A stretch of 55,924 nt of DNA from a virus. Its lineage: Duplodnaviria; Caudoviricetes. The stretch lies in IMG/VR virus record IMGVR_UViG_3300037246_000792, positions 1 to 55,924 of that record. One strand, given 5' to 3'. Below, one piece after another: positions 19,584 through 28,364 of this stretch. A program made the position numbers and the translations under genes. Every line of letters begins with the position of its first letter. Positions within the stretch are counted from its first letter, which is position 1. The notes under the pieces are model-generated. The model was given only the letters and a program-made list of their open reading frames with translations. It was not told where the DNA came from and did not search any database.

Positions 19584-20875
19584 TGGGAAACAAGCCAACA
19601 TTTGACACCTCAGACGCCTACTGGGCCAGGCTCAGTGCACTGAGTGACACCGAGACTGCGGGCGCTATCACTCAGCCTGATGCGTCCAAGCGCATTGCTG
19701 GGTGGGTTACAGAGAAGCCGCCTCGTACATTCTTCAATTGGTTCTGGAGTCGCCTGGCTCGCGTCGTTGCCTGGTGTGTCAGCTCTCTGGTGCGCCGCTT
19801 CGCTGACACTGAGGAGGCTGGGTGGCTGGATGACTCTGACACTGCGGTGGGTGATGAGTGCGTGATGCGTGCGAACGCACGTCAGGCGCTATCTACACGT
19901 GACAGTGCCACCAGCGCCTCCCCCACCTGGAACAACCCAGCCACCGACGGACGCAGGATCTATCTGTACGGTGGCACAGGTGGCACCAGGGTACGCGCTC
20001 AGGACATGGACGATATCGGTGGGACTGCCATGTGGGATGTAGAGCCTGACGCAGCAGGAGCCGTGCAGGCCATCGCAGCCGATGGGCTGTATGTCTACAC
20101 AGGGCACCTGGCAGCTGCGACAAACGAGGTCTATGCGCTCGACCCTGTAACCGGCGCAACGGTAGACAGCGGGACTGAGAGCAACGCGGTAACCAGCATT
20201 GCGGCCAATGGGGTGCGGGTCTGCTGGGTAGAGAACGACGCCACTGGCATCATGCACACAGCTCCTGTTGGCAACTTCGCTGGCGAAGCTACGCCAGTAG
20301 CTCACGGTGCTTTCGTGCGGGACATCTGCGTTGATGGTGAGTATCTGTTCATCGTCGGCAAGTGGGACGGCTCCAACCGCGATGTGAAGTGCTTGGACAT
20401 CCTCACCCTGGCCACGGTGTGGGCTATCACTCTGGCCACCAGTGACCCAGCTGGCACTCTCCGGATCTGCACCGATGGTGAGTTTGTCTATGTGTCTGGC
20501 ATCGATGATGGCAGCAGCAACACTCTCTATTGCCTCAACAGGACTGATGGCTCTGTGGTCTGGCAGAATGCGCTAGGCAGCACGAGTGCAACAGGGATTG
20601 CCGTGGATGACGAATACCTCTACCTGGCCGATACTGACCTGCTCAAGATCAACAAGGCGCTTGGTGTCACAGTCGCCATTGAGACTGTGCATCAGTACCC
20701 CAGCCGCATCACGGCCTCTCTCAACTGTGTCATCTGCGACTTTGAAGAGAACGGCTCAACCGCTGGATGGATCGCGTTGTGGCGTGGCAACGGTGCCGGC
20801 CGCCGTGGCATGCGTCGAGCTGCCACAGACAAATGGCGCCGTCCATATCACCAGCTCATCCTACCGACCGAATAG
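19583..20875 (+). CDS. Tail fibre/receptor-binding protein with PQQ-like beta-propeller
   Basis: N-terminal GW...KPPRTFFNW fibre anchor. Repeated (A/C)xDGxxxY...LD.xTG..W blades. Confidence 0.75.
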   Translation: MGNKPTFDTSDAYWARLSALSDTETAGAITQPDASKRIAGWVTEKPPRTFFNWFWSRLARVVAWCVSSLVRRFADTEEAGWLDDSDTAVGDECVMRANARQALSTRDSATSASPTWNNPATDGRRIYLYGGTGGTRVRAQDMDDIGGTAMWDVEPDAAGAVQAIAADGLYVYTGHLAAATNEVYALDPVTGATVDSGTESNAVTSIAANGVRVCWVENDATGIMHTAPVGNFAGEATPVAHGAFVRDICVDGEYLFIVGKWDGSNRDVKCLDILTLATVWAITLATSDPAGTLRICTDGEFVYVSGIDDGSSNTLYCLNRTDGSVVWQNALGSTSATGIAVDDEYLYLADTDLLKINKALGVTVAIETVHQYPSRITASLNCVICDFEENGSTAGWIALWRGNGAGRRGMRRAATDKWRRPYHQLILPTE

Positions 20876-20884
20876 GAGTCTCAC

Positions 20885-21595
20885 ATGGCAACCATTGGAT
20901 ATGATTTGCTTAGGGAGCTGGCTGTGCGTTCCCAGCTCCGCGATCCTGAGTGGGGTGCGCAGTCAGTAGTCAACGCTGCCAGCTCAGTGCCAGGGCCACC
21001 CAGTGCGCTGACTGATGGCGTCAGTGTTGTGGATGCTGTGGTGTGCCTGGTGGCGCTGGTGCTGCGCTCTGACGTGTCGACACAAACCAGCGTGGTGACT
21101 GTCGGCGTGGTGGATGTGTCGTCCACTTACACCATCGACCTGACGCCGCATGGTGAAGCGCTGCAGAACTACACCTATGCGGCTGGTGGTGGTGACACTG
21201 CAGACGACATTGCAGCAGGGCTGGCCACGGACATCCTGACGGGCTCTGATTTTGAGGCTGTGGCTTCCACTGACGGGTCGGGGACTGTGACTATCACGCG
21301 AGTTGATGCGGATGCACAGCAGCCCTATGCGCTTACCCTGAGTGCTACGGCAACAGGCACGCTCACAGAGACGCATGATGCCAGCTGGGCTCAGTGGCGC
21401 TGGTGGGGACTGCTGACGGACCGCACGGAGTGGGTAGAGATCCGCAACGAGGCGAACCCACAGGCTGGCCAGACGATGGTGAACAACCGTGTTGAGCGCA
21501 TTTTGTGCGGTGGGTTCTCGCGCATCTTCATCGAGGTCATGGCTGGCGATGGAACGTCCACACCGCTGGTTGGTCCTGGTGGAACAGAGGAGTAG
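20885..21595 (+). CDS. Hypothetical virion protein
   Basis: SD present, Thr/Ala-rich beta-type sequence after the fibre gene. Confidence 0.65.
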   Translation: MATIGYDLLRELAVRSQLRDPEWGAQSVVNAASSVPGPPSALTDGVSVVDAVVCLVALVLRSDVSTQTSVVTVGVVDVSSTYTIDLTPHGEALQNYTYAAGGGDTADDIAAGLATDILTGSDFEAVASTDGSGTVTITRVDADAQQPYALTLSATATGTLTETHDASWAQWRWWGLLTDRTEWVEIRNEANPQAGQTMVNNRVERILCGGFSRIFIEVMAGDGTSTPLVGPGGTEE

Positions 21596-21937
21596 GTGAT
21601 GGCTGACAAGACAAAAGACAATCACAGAACAAGCACCAACGGCATCACGCCAGGACTCGAAACGGCGTCAGCACCTGGCCCGATCGGGGAAAGCGGACAG
21701 CACTCAAGCTATTGGGTCCTGTCTGAAGACGAACGGGCCAAGGGTTTTGTTCGGCCGGTTCGTAGGTCCTACGTCCACACCAAGTGCGGCAGCGTCACAA
21801 CCATGAGCACGGCTCTTGCTGAGACTTACGCACGGAACCCTACGTTCTACGGTGCAACGTTTTGCTGCGCATGCAAGACGCATTCACCCGTCTCAGAGTT
21901 TGTGTGGGACAAATCAAGCGAGGTGGTTGGTTCATGA
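21596..21937 (+). CDS. Hypothetical Cys/His (Zn-binding-like) protein
   Basis: VLSEDERAKGFVRPVRRSYVH..CG...AETYARNP.FYGATFCC.C motif. ATGA overlap with the lysin. Confidence 0.75.
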   Translation: MMADKTKDNHRTSTNGITPGLETASAPGPIGESGQHSSYWVLSEDERAKGFVRPVRRSYVHTKCGSVTTMSTALAETYARNPTFYGATFCCACKTHSPVSEFVWDKSSEVVGS

Positions 21938-22845
21938 TTGACAAGGCTGTTGAATACAATCGGAAACGTTGGGATGCCGCTGCCACCAAAGAGGTTCAGC
22001 GGCTCCTTGGTGTGGAGCCAGACGGCTGGTGGGGCCCTGTGACCGTAGGGGCGGTGATCGCCTGGCAGGGCAGGTGCGAGCTGGTGGCTGATGGGATGGT
22101 AGGGCCAGTCACGCGGGCGAGTCTCAGGTCTAGCCTGACTGCCAGGACATGGGCGCTCGTTGATGGGCATGACCTCATGACAGACCTACCAGCACTGCAG
22201 ACGTGGCAATCCTCACCACACGTTGCCAGGCTCCCACGCAGTCGCACCAGGAAGGCCAGCTCCGTCAACGAGATTGTAGTGCATGAGAGCGTGACTAGCT
22301 CATGGCTCACTACTCAGCGAGTGCTGCAGCGCAAGGGCTACGGTGTGCACCTTATGGTCACTGAGGATGGCAGTGTTACACAGCACGGTGACCCAGCCAC
22401 TGACAGGATGGTGCACTGTCGTGGTCACAACGGGCCCAGTGTTGGCGTCGAGGTGGTCAACCTGTACCACCCACCTCGCAATCAGGACGGCCCCTGGAGC
22501 ACCAGCATGAGCGCCCCTTGGGCCCATCGTGATCATTACCTGTTGCCAACCGTCGACCAGTGCGGTGCACTCGCTGAGGTGATTGCGTGGTTGGTTGAGG
22601 TGTTGCCCATCCCATGGGTGTGGCATGGCTTTGAGGAGGCGCACAACAGGTGGTGGCTGCACCAGCTGGACAGCCACAGCCGTGCACCTGGCATCTGGTC
22701 GCATCAGCAGGTGGGCGATCACTCTGACGGCTCCTGGCCGCTGCTGGTGGCCTTCCTGCATCTGGATAGAGGGATGACGATTGATGACGCATGGGAGTTT
22801 GCCAGGGTGGCAGCGACTGGTGTGCGTCGGTCTGCTACGCTGTAG
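21934..22845 (+). CDS. Endolysin: peptidoglycan-binding domain plus amidase_2-type N-acetylmuramoyl-L-alanine amidase
   Basis: DGWWGPVT/DGMVGPVT repeats, then IVVHES, HLMV..DG, H...HN..SVGVE and WSH...HSD. Confidence 0.88.
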   Translation: MIDKAVEYNRKRWDAAATKEVQRLLGVEPDGWWGPVTVGAVIAWQGRCELVADGMVGPVTRASLRSSLTARTWALVDGHDLMTDLPALQTWQSSPHVARLPRSRTRKASSVNEIVVHESVTSSWLTTQRVLQRKGYGVHLMVTEDGSVTQHGDPATDRMVHCRGHNGPSVGVEVVNLYHPPRNQDGPWSTSMSAPWAHRDHYLLPTVDQCGALAEVIAWLVEVLPIPWVWHGFEEAHNRWWLHQLDSHSRAPGIWSHQQVGDHSDGSWPLLVAFLHLDRGMTIDDAWEFARVAATGVRRSATL

Positions 22846-22857
22846 TCACTGGAGGGG

Positions 22858-23070
22858 ATGAAGATGGTGTTGAGTCTGACGAAGAGTCGCAAGTTGAGAG
22901 TGCTGCTGCTGATGCTTGGTTGCCTGGCTGCAAATGCACTGGCTGGATACCCGGTGTCATCTGATGAGTTGACCAAGGCGGTTCAGCTGGCGATCGCCTG
23001 GATGATGGGACAGGGGATAGCTGACCATGGCGCGGGTGGCACGACGCGCAAGGAGCCAGTTGATGGCTGA
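22858..23070 (+). CDS. Putative holin
   Basis: 70 aa with two hydrophobic segments, SRK N-terminus and GQGIAD C-terminus, next to the lysin. Confidence 0.65.
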   Translation: MKMVLSLTKSRKLRVLLLMLGCLAANALAGYPVSSDELTKAVQLAIAWMMGQGIADHGAGGTTRKEPVDG

Positions 23071-23317
23071 GCATCCATGCAAGGATTGCCAACTGCACGT
23101 GCTGATGGAGTACCGCCTGAAGCAAGCCGAGCTGCGCCAGACGTCACACGATGAGCGCATTGACACAGTAGCCAGCGGCTTGGTGGATGTGGCCGGTGCG
23201 GTTGAGGTGCTCCGCATGGGCCAGCTCTCACGAGCCAACGAGATCAAACTGTGGGTGGCAATGATCGGCGCAGCTGCTGCGGTGGTCGTCTCTGCCCTGC
23301 AAATCTACGGAGGGTAG
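23063..23317 (+). CDS. Coiled-coil protein with C-terminal TM helix (lysis cassette)
   Basis: Overlaps the holin and ends in a hydrophobic tail. Confidence 0.6.
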   Translation: MAEHPCKDCQLHVLMEYRLKQAELRQTSHDERIDTVASGLVDVAGAVEVLRMGQLSRANEIKLWVAMIGAAAAVVVSALQIYGG

Positions 23318-23319
23318 TC

Positions 23320-23838
23320 ATGACGCAGGAGACAGACCACAGGGTGTTGGCCTCCAGGGCCAAGGCGAAGGGCAGACTGGCCAGACGCTCCATAATCGAC
23401 AAGCCGCTTGAGAGGCTACGTAAGGCGTCCAAGCCCAAGAGGGTGGGTGTTATGCGGAAACTACTCTCTGGGCTCGCTGGCGGCCTGCTGGGTGGCCTGT
23501 CTGCTGTTCTGATGGTTGCCTTGGTGTTCGCTGTGGTAGGGTGCGGCGGGTTCCCTACGCTCCAACGCATCGACGCGTCAGGCACAGGCACCATCACCAG
23601 TCACTGGGAGGATGCTGACGGTGGCGTGTGGGTGCAGGAAACGAGAGTGCAGGAGGTGGGGCTTGACGTGTCAAGTGACGATCCTGCAGCGTGCACGCTG
23701 GTTGAGGTCAGGATGAACGGTGGGCTGCTTGGTAGTGGCGCCATTGAGGCTACGTCAAGCGCCTCCTGCTTTGAGACGTACGGTGGACCGTACCGCCCCT
23801 TTCGCGCTGGGGCAGCTGCCACGGACTGGGCGCATTGA
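23320..23838 (+). CDS. Putative lipoprotein / membrane protein
   Basis: Basic region, hydrophobic helix and lipobox-like VVG-C. Start may be internal (MRKLL). Confidence 0.55.
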   Translation: MTQETDHRVLASRAKAKGRLARRSIIDKPLERLRKASKPKRVGVMRKLLSGLAGGLLGGLSAVLMVALVFAVVGCGGFPTLQRIDASGTGTITSHWEDADGGVWVQETRVQEVGLDVSSDDPAACTLVEVRMNGGLLGSGAIEATSSASCFETYGGPYRPFRAGAAATDWAH

Positions 23839-23919
23839 CTGGTGGGGGTTGGCACGCCAGGCCCTACCTGTGATCCTTGAACTTGTCAGGCTCGGCCTGA
23901 GTACCATAGGAGATGAGAC

Positions 23920-24228
23920 ATGAGCTGGAGCCAACAAGACACAATCCGATACGACTACACAGGCGGGGCTGGCTCTGATGAGCTCCTTGACGATGTGCCG
24001 TCACAGGGTGTTGAGGGCTCGGTGTACTTCCTGCTCGACAACCGCGGGTCAGCGGCTGCCTACCTGAGGAAAGACTCAGGGGATACGGTGGTGCCGACTG
24101 CTGCAGGTGTGCCGGCTGGTGAGGTCACTGAGTCTGGCCCGTACAACTGGCCGTCAGCAGTGCCTACGCTGGTCGGCCTGAATGGTGCCGACGTGTACGT
24201 GACCCCGTTCGTGCGCAACGGGAGGTGA
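23920..24228 (+). CDS. Hypothetical protein
   Basis: AGGAG SD, 102 aa. Confidence 0.65.
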   Translation: MSWSQQDTIRYDYTGGAGSDELLDDVPSQGVEGSVYFLLDNRGSAAAYLRKDSGDTVVPTAAGVPAGEVTESGPYNWPSAVPTLVGLNGADVYVTPFVRNGR

Positions 24229-24231
24229 GCT

Positions 24232-25254
24232 GTGAGGCAATCAGACTTCAAGCACCGCTCACGCACCGGACGTAAGCGATTCACCGACCTGCCTACGCTG
24301 GCGGCCTTCCTGGCCAATGACGCCAACACTGGACGAGTGGAGCCACTATATCCGATTGGCGGTGGAGGTGATGACAGTAGTCGGATTCTGCATTTGTTGT
24401 GGGACGGTGTGTCAGTGCAGGCCGTTGGGCACTCTTTGCTTGATAGGCTCACGCCAACCCTGCACGGTGAAATAGCTGCTGGATCTGGCACTGCATACAC
24501 GCTGCAGGCTGGGCATGGTCTGCCAGCCTCTGGCACTCTGCGTCTGTGGGATGTGTCTGGTGCAACAGAGGCGGGCGCAGACGTGTCGTTCACGGTGTCA
24601 GGGGATGCCTTGACGCTTGGCGCATCGAGGACACTGGCTGCTGGAGACTACGTGTATGCCCTGCAGGGAAAGTATGTGTCTGAGCTGGACCTCGGAAGCT
24701 CAGGAGACCTCGTCCCTGTTGAGGGCGTGGTCACCATTTCCAGTGATGGAATTGTGGTGGTCGATGGCTCTGCGTATTGGAATATTCCGAACGCTGGCAC
24801 AGATGAGACTGGATTCCCGTCCTGGTATATCCATGGGCTGTTTCAGCTGGATGCCACAGCGCCCGTGATCGACGCTGTGGCAGGTGTCGGAATCTACAGC
24901 GATGCTACACACCATGCGGTTGTTGGGTCGAACTACAGCGGTGCTGTCTGGCACAAAGGTGGGTCGTATGGTGTGGTGGCTGCGCCTACTCTGTGGCGTA
25001 TCGCAGCTACGACACATGACCCAACGGCGTCAGATGTCCATACCTATTGCCATGGATCGTATTCAGACGGCACCGATCTGCATGGCCACTACAATGCAGG
25101 CACTGCGGCTGCACACGGCTGGGCTGCGAACTCTGCAACGAATGCGGCACAGATTGGCTCAGCGGGCATTGCGGGGCTGATGATGATTGGCAAGCCTGGT
25201 GCGACTGGTAGCACATCCATCACTGTGAGCGAGCTGTCATTGGTGGCTCAATGA
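24232..25254 (+). CDS. Hypothetical fibre/lectin-like virion accessory protein
   Basis: GGAGG SD, Gly/Ala/Thr-rich beta-type sequence. Confidence 0.6.
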   Translation: MRQSDFKHRSRTGRKRFTDLPTLAAFLANDANTGRVEPLYPIGGGGDDSSRILHLLWDGVSVQAVGHSLLDRLTPTLHGEIAAGSGTAYTLQAGHGLPASGTLRLWDVSGATEAGADVSFTVSGDALTLGASRTLAAGDYVYALQGKYVSELDLGSSGDLVPVEGVVTISSDGIVVVDGSAYWNIPNAGTDETGFPSWYIHGLFQLDATAPVIDAVAGVGIYSDATHHAVVGSNYSGAVWHKGGSYGVVAAPTLWRIAATTHDPTASDVHTYCHGSYSDGTDLHGHYNAGTAAAHGWAANSATNAAQIGSAGIAGLMMIGKPGATGSTSITVSELSLVAQ

Positions 25255-25358
25255 TGCAACCAGCCGTCTGTTCTTCGGCCGTCAGTTGATAGAATCGAGC
25301 ACAATCAAGACCAGCATGAGGGCGGCCAATGGGTCGCCTTCATGCGTTGGAGGTAGAG

Positions 25359-25831
25359 TGATCAAATCAATCCTAGTCCTTGTGATGCTCCTACATCATG
25401 GCGCACCTGCTGACCTAGCAGTGGCCACCGTCGGCGCAGCTGCTGTGCATGATGTAGAGGTGCAGCACCTTGGCGGCTTCCTGATCGTTGGCCATCCTGG
25501 TGCCAGGTACTCAGGTCGCTGTGGTGACTACGTGAATGGTCGCGGGACGACATGTGGGCCCTACCGTTTGGCTGAGCTTTGGCCCATGACATTTGGCTAC
25601 GAGCTCGCCGATCGTGATCGTCCATGGCCAGCGTCTGCCATGGCTGCTAGGCTGCTCAGATACAGCCAGCAGAAGCATGAGCGATGCGACACTCAACACG
25701 ACTGGCGTGCACACATGCGGTCACGTGATCGCGACAGTGTACGTGCAGCTTGGAAGGTGAGGCGCAGTCACATGGCAGAGTTGGCTGTATGCCCACAGCC
25801 TTGGTGCTCCATTGCCACCTACCTACCATGA
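25359..25831 (+). CDS. Hypothetical secreted protein, weak lysozyme/SLT-like pattern
   Basis: GGAGG SD before GTG, hydrophobic N-terminus, CGPYRL and AARLL segments. Confidence 0.45.
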
Positions 25832-25956
25832 CCTACCTATACCTACCTACCTGATCTCACTTACCTAGATCACTACTCAGTAGGTAACTCAGTAGCTTCT
25901 GCCTACCTAGCTACATGCCTACTCAGTTAGTTACCTACCTACTCATACAGCTACCC
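25817..25956. repeat. Low-complexity (ACCT/CTAC)n tract, candidate replication-origin iterons
   Basis: Dense ACCTACCT and CTACTCA repeats. Reads TAGG/TGAGTAG on the minus strand and is stop-rich, so non-coding. Confidence 0.75.
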
Positions 25957-26335
25957 TGGAGCCCAGAGCAGGTGCAGCCCACCCAGCCCCTAAAACTCAT
26001 TCGGAGTTTAAGGTCTGGGTCTGCACCGTTCTTGCGTCGGAGGTGGCTTTTCTCTGCCACCCTGTCTGCCCGTCGCTAGCGCCTTTGGTTCCTTGCCTCG
26101 TGACTTGTCAGGTCATGAGACCCAGCGCGCAGTCCTCAGTTCGCCCTTGCGCGGCACTCTCTGGAAGCCCCCCTGGTGAGTGCGAGCACCCATACGGGTG
26201 CGCTCTGGACCCAGGGTACACTAGACCGACCATCCAAAGCCTGGCCACCGTAGGCCCATCGCTGAGATACAGCAACCTCGGTTTTCCAAACGTCAAGAAC
26301 CGTGCCAATAAAAATGCAAAGTGAGGGTTAAAAGA
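25957..26335 (-). ncRNA. Putative structured non-coding RNA (leftward)
   Basis: Several nested hairpins (25971-26027, GGTGGC/GCCACC, GCACCC/GGGTGC) and two minus-strand TTGACG boxes at 26296 and 26368. No credible ORF. Confidence 0.4.
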
Positions 26336-26338
26336 CAG

Positions 26339-26368
26339 CAAATAGTGGGTGAAATAAGGGGACGTCAA
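26339..26368 (-). promoter_or_regulatory. Possible leftward sigma70-like promoter TTGACG-18-TATTTG
   Basis: Lies in an AT-rich island. A second TTGACG at 26296-26291 has a weak -10. Confidence 0.35.
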
Positions 26369-26592
26369 GAGCCGTGCCAGAAAATAAATTATCTTGCCCA
26401 GCCGCGAAGGGCCCTAGAGGCCGCTCAAAACGTTTCGAGTTTCAGCCCATGTCGCAGTATGGGGTGGGGTGCTCTGACGATTGTTCAGTGGTGATCGGTG
26501 CCCTAGGGCAGCATCAAAACACGTGCCACGTTTGCGAGGGGTCCGCGTGCATAAAATGCTTGGACGATTGGCGCTTGAGGTGCTGCTATGGA

Positions 26593-26657
26593 TGCACAAA
26601 TAAATCGTACATCGTGCACAGTTTTTTTGTTGACCCTGCACAAAATATCTGTAGGGT
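26593..26657 (+). promoter_or_regulatory. Early rightward promoter TTGACC-16-TAGGGT with three TGCACA boxes at 22-bp spacing
   Basis: TGCACA at 26593, 26615 and 26637. T-tract UP-like element. -35 at 26630 and -10 at 26652. Confidence 0.6.
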
Positions 26658-26898
26658 GAGGGTCCAGGTTGATTAGCGGCCTGGGCAGACATAGCGCATC
26701 AGCCGGCCCGACAGGGGATAGCAAACAGGGTGATGCGACGGGGCAGACGACATGAGCCCCTGAGTGTTGTGGGAGCTGTAAAGCACCCCCGCTGACTGGA
26801 AGCGACGCTTACCCTGAGGGGCAGCGTAGGAATGGGATCGAGCGCCAAGGCAGCGAAGGCACGACGAGGTTGAGACCTTAGAAGATGTCAGTTCAGAA

Positions 26899-26968
26899 GC
26901 GTGGTCAGAGTCACACACAATCAACGAGTGACGCAGGCTGAGGGCTGGGTTCAATTCCTGGCACACGC
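26899..26968 (+). ncRNA. Weak tRNA-like element 1
   Basis: T-arm CTGGG-TTCAATT-CCTGG and partial acceptor GCGTG/CACGC. Alternative folds exist. Confidence 0.3.
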
Positions 26969-27148
26969 ATTGCTCAGCCCTAGGCTGATGGTCGGTGTGT
27001 GGATACAGCGCATCGCAACTGGTTGATCCTGGAGATGGTGCATCAGGTAGAGTGCATCACGTGTGGCCAGGCAGGCAGCGTGAGTCCAGAGGCCGCGGGG
27101 CTGAGCAAGTCAATCCGATAACAGGTCAACATCCAACAGGAGACCACA

Positions 27149-27352
27149 ATGTACGTAAGTCAATACACCAAGAACGTAATCGCTGACATGACCGACGATC
27201 ACATCCGTGCGATGCAGGCTGAGGCGCGTGAGCATGGCGATGAGGAGATGGAGGGTCTGTGTGATTGGGCCCTGCAGGGCGACGAGGCGGCGCGCTTCAT
27301 CGTCGGTCGCGCCCTCGCAGATGCACGCGCCATGGATGACGACGATAGTTGA
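27149..27352 (+). CDS. Small acidic early protein
   Basis: CAGGAG SD, first ORF after the early promoter. Confidence 0.7.
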   Translation: MYVSQYTKNVIADMTDDHIRAMQAEAREHGDEEMEGLCDWALQGDEAARFIVGRALADARAMDDDDS

Positions 27353-27521
27353 GGTGATGCCGTTATTGTTCGCGGCATCAGGGGTGGGCTCAATCCCTGC
27401 AGAGATAGACGGTGCGACGCCACTGGCACTGCAATTGAGCCACGGTGGCAATCCGGTCCGGCGTGGGTGTTGTGCCCTGCGCCGGGCCACCACATAACAG
27501 GCCAACACCCAACAGGAGGCC

Positions 27522-27812
27522 ATGATGAGTGACCAGACAACAGACGCAGTCCGCACCGAGCGCCGCCGAGTGAGACGCAGCCAAGTCGCCAACCTGCAGC
27601 GGATGAACGGCGTGCTGACTGAGGGGCTGGGTATCGCAATCTACCTGGAGGCTCGCTATCAGATGGCAGTGGCAACGTACGGTCCACAGGTGCGGAGGGT
27701 CACGATCCTCGCAGATGAGCGGCGCTCCTATGGCCCTGCTCACGTGGCTATCGGCGTCTGGGTGGAGTCAGGCGCAGCCAGGACGTGGAAGCGCTCACAG
27801 GGGGATGCCTGA
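27522..27812 (+). CDS. Hypothetical early protein
   Basis: AGGAGG SD. Confidence 0.7.
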   Translation: MMSDQTTDAVRTERRRVRRSQVANLQRMNGVLTEGLGIAIYLEARYQMAVATYGPQVRRVTILADERRSYGPAHVAIGVWVESGAARTWKRSQGDA

Positions 27813-28203
27813 TACGGCTCCCACTGTTGACCGTATCCTGGTGACGCAGCCACGTGAGCAGTGTTGGGCTGAGCTGGATGGTGTGCTGTGGAATGTTCAC
27901 GCATACCCAATCGGCAAGGATGGGCAGCTTTGTTTTGCCCCTGCTTTCGATCGTGACCATTGGGAATGTGAGATGAGGTGGCGCGCTGGTGACGATGGCC
28001 CGCGTGACCCTGATGAGGCTGAGCGGGTGGCCATGCTTGAAGTGCTGGCAGATGAGGGCTGGACGGGTCGGCGCAATTGGCATGGGATACCGTGCGGCAA
28101 GTGTGGCGGTGATGGCTCTGCGCAGGATGAGGCTGATGAGTTCGTCTGTCGTGTGTGTTGTGGTGGAGGCATCAAGGTTGATGAGCACGGGCCTCAGGGA
28201 TGA
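27805..28203 (+). CDS. Hypothetical protein with C-terminal CxxCxG..CxxCxG zinc finger
   Basis: CGKCGGDG...CRVCCGGG, overlapping the upstream stop. Confidence 0.65.
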   Translation: MPDTAPTVDRILVTQPREQCWAELDGVLWNVHAYPIGKDGQLCFAPAFDRDHWECEMRWRAGDDGPRDPDEAERVAMLEVLADEGWTGRRNWHGIPCGKCGGDGSAQDEADEFVCRVCCGGGIKVDEHGPQG

Positions 28204-28291
28204 GGCCAAGGCAGGATGGTGCTCAGTGCGGTGGTGGACGACACACTTGCCAAGGCTGGCAAGGGCAGGGCTCAAGGCCTTGCCGCCGCAA

Positions 28292-28348
28292 TTCGGGGCC
28301 AAGGGTTGGAAGGGTGCACCCAGCTGGGTTCAAATCCCAGCCCCCGAA
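28292..28348 (+). ncRNA. Miniature tRNA-like cloverleaf (element 2, 57 nt)
   Basis: TTCGGGG/CCCCGAA stem, CCAA-GGG-TTGG, GGG-TGCA-CCC, and GCTGGG-TTCAAAT-CCCAGC. Confidence 0.6.
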
Positions 28349-28364
28349 AGCATTTCTTAGATCG

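Noticed and set aside
25817-25956. CRISPR-like or minisatellite array
   Set aside because: Repeats are 4-8 nt and irregular, with no repeat-spacer periodicity.
26043-26966. Short ORFs in the control region
   Set aside because: No SDs, atypical composition, and they overlap promoter-like and hairpin elements.
27383-27455. Further T-loop-like hairpins (GTGGG-CTCAATC-CCTGC, GGTGCGACGCC)
   Set aside because: The loops deviate from consensus and I could not find a matching acceptor stem.
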